A DNA stretch of 62,843 bases from Pedobacter sp. (GTDB taxonomy: Bacteria > Bacteroidota > Bacteroidia > Sphingobacteriales > Sphingobacteriaceae): NCBI RefSeq assembly GCF_045628745.1, contig NZ_JAZQPU010000318.1, positions 1-62,843 on the forward strand. Direction: 5' to 3'. This document shows positions 58,612-62,843 of this stretch, piece by piece (the first letter of the stretch is position 1; each line of letters opens with the position of its first letter). A program made the translations under genes and the position numbers. A model generated the notes under the pieces. The model was not told the origin of the DNA, ran no database searches, and saw nothing but the letters and a program-made list of their open reading frames with translations.

Positions 58612-59175
58612 TTATACCGTCATAATGTCTTTCTCCTTTGCTTCCATATGTTTATCAACTTTTACAATATAAACATCGGTAATCTTTTGAACTTCTGCTT
58701 CACCAGTTTTGATTTCATCATCAGAAACAGCATCACCCTTCAATTTTTTGATCTTTTCGTTCGCATCTTTACGGATGTTACGGATAGCGATTTTACCTCT
58801 TTCAGCTTCTTCTTTAGCTCTTTTCACTAATTCCCTTCTGCGTTCTTCAGTTAAAGGCGGCACTACAAGACGAATGATGATACCATCGTTTTGTGGGTTA
58901 ATGCCAATATTAGCTTCCATAATGGCACGCTCAATAGGGGTTAATAAAGCTTTCTCCCAAGGTTGAATCAGCAAAGTACGTGCATCTGGTGTGTTGATGC
59001 TAGCCACTTGACTCAAAGGAGTTGGGTTGCCGTAGTAATCTACCATGATGCCATCAAGCATCCCTGCAGAAGCCTTACCAGCACGAAGCTTAGTCAACTC
59101 AGACTCACAATGAAGAATTGCCTTATCCATTGTTGCCTGTGCATCTTGTAATTGTTTCTTTATGAGGTCATTCAT
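58612..59175 (-). CDS. frr: Ribosome recycling factor
   Basis: LRAGKA, VDYYG, NPQNDG, PPLTEERR and IRNIR. Confidence 0.97.
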   Translation of the reverse strand: MNDLIKKQLQDAQATMDKAILHCESELTKLRAGKASAGMLDGIMVDYYGNPTPLSQVASINTPDARTLLIQPWEKALLTPIERAIMEANIGINPQNDGIIIRLVVPPLTEERRRELVKRAKEEAERGKIAIRNIRKDANEKIKKLKGDAVSDDEIKTGEAEVQKITDVYIVKVDKHMEAKEKDIMTV

Positions 59176-59213
59176 AATCTGTATTGTTTGTGCAAATTAA
59201 TAATTATTTTAAA

Positions 59214-59921
59214 TTATACTTTTACCAGTGTTCCGATTTCCTCGCCTTCCGCAATTTTCATAAAATTACCAGCTTTATTCATGTCGAACACAATAATAGG
59301 AAGTTCATTCTCTTCACAAAGTGTAAAAGCAGTCATATCCATTACATTTAACCCTTTAGCATAAACTTCTTTGAAAGAAATTTGAGAGTAACGGGTGGCA
59401 GTAGTATCCTTTTCAGGATCAGCAGTATAAATTCCATCTACACGGGTTCCTTTTAGAACCACGTCAGCTTTAATTTCAATGGCTCTTAAAGCAGCTGCAG
59501 AATCTGTCGTGAAGTAAGGATTTCCAGTACCGGCACCAAAGATAACCACACGGCCTTTTTCTAAGTGTCTAACGGCTCTGCGGCGAATAAAAGGCTCACA
59601 GATCTGTTCCATTTTAATAGCGGTAAGCAAGCGGGTTTTTAAGCCTACTTTTTCTAAAGCATCTTGCAAAGCCATGCTGTTGATTACTGTAGCCAGCATA
59701 CCCATATAATCGGCCTGTGCACGGTCCATTCCAGACTTTTCTGCACTTAAACCTCTGAATATGTTCCCTCCGCCAATTACAATAGCTATTTCAAGCCCCC
59801 GGGCATGAACTGCTTTAATATCCTCTGCATACTGCCTAACACGCTCATTGTCAATTCCGTATTGCTTATCGCCCATCAGCGATTCGCCGCTTAACTTTAA
59901 AAGGATCCTTTTATACTTCAT
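59214..59921 (-). CDS. pyrH: UMP kinase
   Basis: [23 protein letters not shown] and GNPYFTTDS. Confidence 0.98.
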   Translation of the reverse strand: MKYKRILLKLSGESLMGDKQYGIDNERVRQYAEDIKAVHARGLEIAIVIGGGNIFRGLSAEKSGMDRAQADYMGMLATVINSMALQDALEKVGLKTRLLTAIKMEQICEPFIRRRAVRHLEKGRVVIFGAGTGNPYFTTDSAAALRAIEIKADVVLKGTRVDGIYTADPEKDTTATRYSQISFKEVYAKGLNVMDMTAFTLCEENELPIIVFDMNKAGNFMKIAEGEEIGTLVKV

Positions 59922-59944
59922 GAGTTCAAAAATAGCTATTTGTT

Positions 59945-61066
59945 TTAATTATTAGCGATCAAATGTTCAACTCCGGCAACAAATGCCCTTTGCAACTTAA
60001 AATCGTCGTTAAAGAGGAGTAAATCTGCTGCTTTTCCTACGGCAATGGAGCCTGAAGATGCCTCTTTTTTAAGCAGCTTTGATGGTTGCAATGAAGCCAT
60101 ATTGATGGCCATGGAAATTGGAATGCTGCAATGCTGGACGCAATTGCACACTGCATTCAGCATGGTGATGTTTGACCCTGATAAAGTACCATCAGCAGTC
60201 ACAAATTTTCCATCTTTTAAACGGTGCTGATAAGGGCCGATATGGCAGGTAGAAACGGCATCTGAAATCAGAAACAGGCGTTCTTTCATCAGTTGAGAAG
60301 CCATTTTTACCACTTCGAAATGAACATGATGGCCATCGGCAATGACACTTGCCATGGCGGTAGGGTGATTAAGTACGGCAACAGGTAAATTGGGTGCCCT
60401 GTGGTGGATGGAAGGCATAGCATTAAACAAGTGTGTGGTGGTGCTAAATCCTTGTGCATAGGCTGCATTAGCCTCTTCAAAAGTAGCATCACTATGGCCT
60501 AAAGATAAAATAATTCCCTGTTGCAGTAAATATTGGATCACTTCTTCATCCTGCAGCTCTGCTGCAAGCGTCATCATTTTAACTGTGCCCTCCGCATAGG
60601 TTATTAATTTCTTTACTTCCTGCAGCTCTGCCTTGCAAATTAAGGATTCTATATGTGCGCCTCTTCTTTTTGGATTCAGAAAAGGACCTTCTAAATGTAA
60701 ACCTATAAAAGCCTTTGCATCCTTTCTATAAGCTTTAGCAGCATCAATGGCCTGGTAAAAAACCTCCATGGTGTTGGTGGCTAAACAAGCCAGAAAACCA
60801 GTAGTTCCTTTGCTGATTAAATCAGCATCCATTTGACGCAGTGTTTCTACCGTAGGGTAAGCAGAAAATAGATTACCCCCACTTCCATAAATCTGCAGAT
60901 CTATAAAACCCGGACTTAAATATTGGCCCTGGGCATCGATTACCTGGTGATCAGTTGTAATTTCAGTGTGGTTGAAATTCTTGATTTTACCGTCCTCTAT
61001 CCATACGGTTTGATTGGTGAGTAATTGGTGGTCTACAAAAAATTTGCAATTGCGGATGGCTAACAT
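59945..61066 (-). CDS. nagA: N-acetylglucosamine-6-phosphate deacetylase
   Basis: [37 protein letters not shown] and LSGS. Confidence 0.93.
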   Translation of the reverse strand: MLAIRNCKFFVDHQLLTNQTVWIEDGKIKNFNHTEITTDHQVIDAQGQYLSPGFIDLQIYGSGGNLFSAYPTVETLRQMDADLISKGTTGFLACLATNTMEVFYQAIDAAKAYRKDAKAFIGLHLEGPFLNPKRRGAHIESLICKAELQEVKKLITYAEGTVKMMTLAAELQDEEVIQYLLQQGIILSLGHSDATFEEANAAYAQGFSTTTHLFNAMPSIHHRAPNLPVAVLNHPTAMASVIADGHHVHFEVVKMASQLMKERLFLISDAVSTCHIGPYQHRLKDGKFVTADGTLSGSNITMLNAVCNCVQHCSIPISMAINMASLQPSKLLKKEASSGSIAVGKAADLLLFNDDFKLQRAFVAGVEHLIANN

Positions 61067-61100
61067 GAAGGGAGATTTAATAATCCTAAATATAAGGCAT

Positions 61101-61127
61101 AAAAAAAGTCCCTTGTGGGACTTTTTT
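61101..61127 (-). terminator. Terminator after tsf
   Basis: AAAAAAAGTCCC-TTGT-GGGACTTTTTT. Confidence 0.85.
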
Positions 61128-61156
61128 ACATTTTATAAGTTGAGCTCAATTAAAGC

Positions 61157-61993
61157 TTAAGCGCCTAATTGTACACGCTTGAATGAAGTAACAGTTAAAT
61201 CTTTAGCTGTATCGTTTAAGAATTTACGAACATCTTTAGATGAATCTTTAACAAATTCCTGGTTCAACAAAGTATTGTCTTTGTAGAATTTATTCAATTT
61301 ACCAGCAGCGATTTTTTCAATCATTGCTTCTGGTTTACCTTCAGCACGGATTTGTTCTTTAGCGATTTCAGTTTCACGCTCAATGGTAGTTGAATCAACG
61401 CCATCTTTATCTAAAGCAACAGGGTTCATTGCAGCAATTTGCATAGCAACATCTTTTCCTGCTTCGTCAACACCAGCAACGTCTTGGTTTAAAGCAACCA
61501 AAACACCTAAACGGTAGTTACCGTGGATGTAAGGAACAACTTTTTCACCTGTAACAGTTTCAAATTTAGAGATACCAATTTTCTCACCAATTTTACCAGT
61601 GTTTTCAACAATGATATCAGAAACTTTAGTACCATCAATTTCAAGTGCTAATAATTCTTCTAAACTAGCTGGGTTTTTTTCAATCGCTAAGTCAGCAAAT
61701 TTATTACCTAAGGCAACGAAATCAGCATTTTTAGCTACGAAATCAGTTTCGCAGTTTAATTCAATCACAATACCACGTTTTCCGTCTGCTGTAGCTTTAG
61801 CGATAACAACACCTTCGTTAGAATCACGATCCTGACGACTAGCGGCAACTTTAGCACCTTTTTTACGTAAGTAATCAACGGCTGCTTCAAAATCGCCGTT
61901 TGCTTCTGTTAATGCTTTTTTGCAGTCCATCATACCGGCACCGGTTTGTTGGCGTAATTTATTTACATCTGCAGCAGTGATTTGTAATGACAT
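61157..61993 (-). CDS. tsf: Elongation factor Ts
   Basis: LRQQTGAGMMDCKKAL and NCETDFVA. Confidence 0.98.
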   Translation of the reverse strand: MSLQITAADVNKLRQQTGAGMMDCKKALTEANGDFEAAVDYLRKKGAKVAASRQDRDSNEGVVIAKATADGKRGIVIELNCETDFVAKNADFVALGNKFADLAIEKNPASLEELLALEIDGTKVSDIIVENTGKIGEKIGISKFETVTGEKVVPYIHGNYRLGVLVALNQDVAGVDEAGKDVAMQIAAMNPVALDKDGVDSTTIERETEIAKEQIRAEGKPEAMIEKIAAGKLNKFYKDNTLLNQEFVKDSSKDVRKFLNDTAKDLTVTSFKRVQLGA

Positions 61994-62092
61994 TTTATAT
62001 GTTTTAAATTTTGGTTAAAAAATGATGGGTTGTATATTGATAGTCGTCAGTATTCCCTCCAACACACAATACACAACCCATTATCTATTTAT

Positions 62093-62843
62093 TTACGCTT
62101 CGCTTGTACCTTCTTCAGTATCAGCATTCACTTTTCTTTTTCTTTCTCCTGGTTCTTTAACTTCCGGAGCATCAGCAGCAGCTTTAGCAGCAACAGCTTC
62201 TTTTTCAGCTTCATCGTCTTTCTCACGTTTGCGCTCATCTAAACCTTCTTCAATTGCTTTGATGATAACATCAGTAATTAAAGAGATAGATTTAGTTGCA
62301 TCATCATTCGCTGGAATAGGGAAATCAATGTTTGAAGGATCAGAGTTCGTATCTACCATTGCAAAAGTTGGAATGTTTAATTTCAACGCTTCGCTAACGG
62401 CGATGTGTTCTTTTTTAACGTCAATTAAAAAGATAGCAGCTGGTAAACGGTTTAAGTCCGCAATACCACCTAATAAGCTTTCTAATTTGATACGCTCACG
62501 TTGGATCATTAAACGTTCTTTTTTAGAAAGAATCGAATAAGTACCATCTTTAGTCATCTTATCGATGTTAGACATCTTTTTGATGGACTTGCGTACAGTT
62601 TGAAAGTTAGTTAACATACCACCTAACCAACGTTCAGTTACGAAAGGCATGTTTACTTTTTTTGCTTGTTCAGCAACAATTTCTTTAGCTTGTTTTTTAG
62701 TAGCTACAAATAAGATCTTGCGACCAGATTTTACGATTTGTTTAATCGCAGAAGCAGCTTCTTCAGTTTTAGTTAAAGTCTTGTTTAAATCTATAATGTG
62801 GATTCCATTACGCTCCATGAAAATGTAGGGCGCCATCTTAGGG
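62093..62843 (-). CDS. rpsB: 30S ribosomal protein S2 (5' end outside the window)
   Basis: PKMAPYIF, RWLGGMLTN, DTNSDP and PANDD; upstream of tsf. Confidence 0.97.
   Translation of the reverse strand, partial: PKMAPYIFMERNGIHIIDLNKTLTKTEEAASAIKQIVKSGRKILFVATKKQAKEIVAEQAKKVNMPFVTERWLGGMLTNFQTVRKSIKKMSNIDKMTKDGTYSILSKKERLMIQRERIKLESLLGGIADLNRLPAAIFLIDVKKEHIAVSEALKLNIPTFAMVDTNSDPSNIDFPIPANDDATKSISLITDVIIKAIEEGLDERKREKDDEAEKEAVAAKAAADAPEVKEPGERKRKVNADTEEGTSEA

Overview
This is mostly a housekeeping chromosomal segment from a Bacteroidota bacterium. The gene set, protein sequences and TAnnTTTG promoters point to Sphingobacteriaceae, probably Pedobacter-like (inference). Contents in order: the 5' end of a lipoprotein gene; an IS1182-family element with a frameshifted transposase; a Prc/Tsp protease; a complete divergent cyanophycin module (iaaA-cphB <- -> cphA); a PA2169-type protein, S1/P1 nuclease, fumC, a serine hydrolase, recG, ridA, ompA and meaB; an AT-rich envelope-glycan locus (LtaS-like transferase, GT32, two GT4, MsbA-like ABC exporter, two paralogous GT2, others); rimP-nusA-infB preceded by an 11-bp-period direct/inverted repeat array; acyl-CoA dehydrogenase, panDC, a half-length glgA plus DUF4270, ssb, mutY; HU-TPR-bS22-rne/rng-radA; carB; a thiamine locus (NadR-like kinase, TPP riboswitch with an extra hairpin, TonB receptor, divergent ThiE); an ABC exporter; and rpsB-tsf-nagA-pyrH-frr. 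I saw no CRISPR array, prophage, rRNA or tRNA. The best leads are the cyanophycin module with a sigma54-like promoter, the LtaS/GT32/flippase locus (possible glycosphingolipid or LOS assembly), the palindromic 11-mer array, and several unannotated small ORFs and RNA structures. None can be confirmed as a new system from sequence alone. All family assignments come from motif recognition, not database searches.
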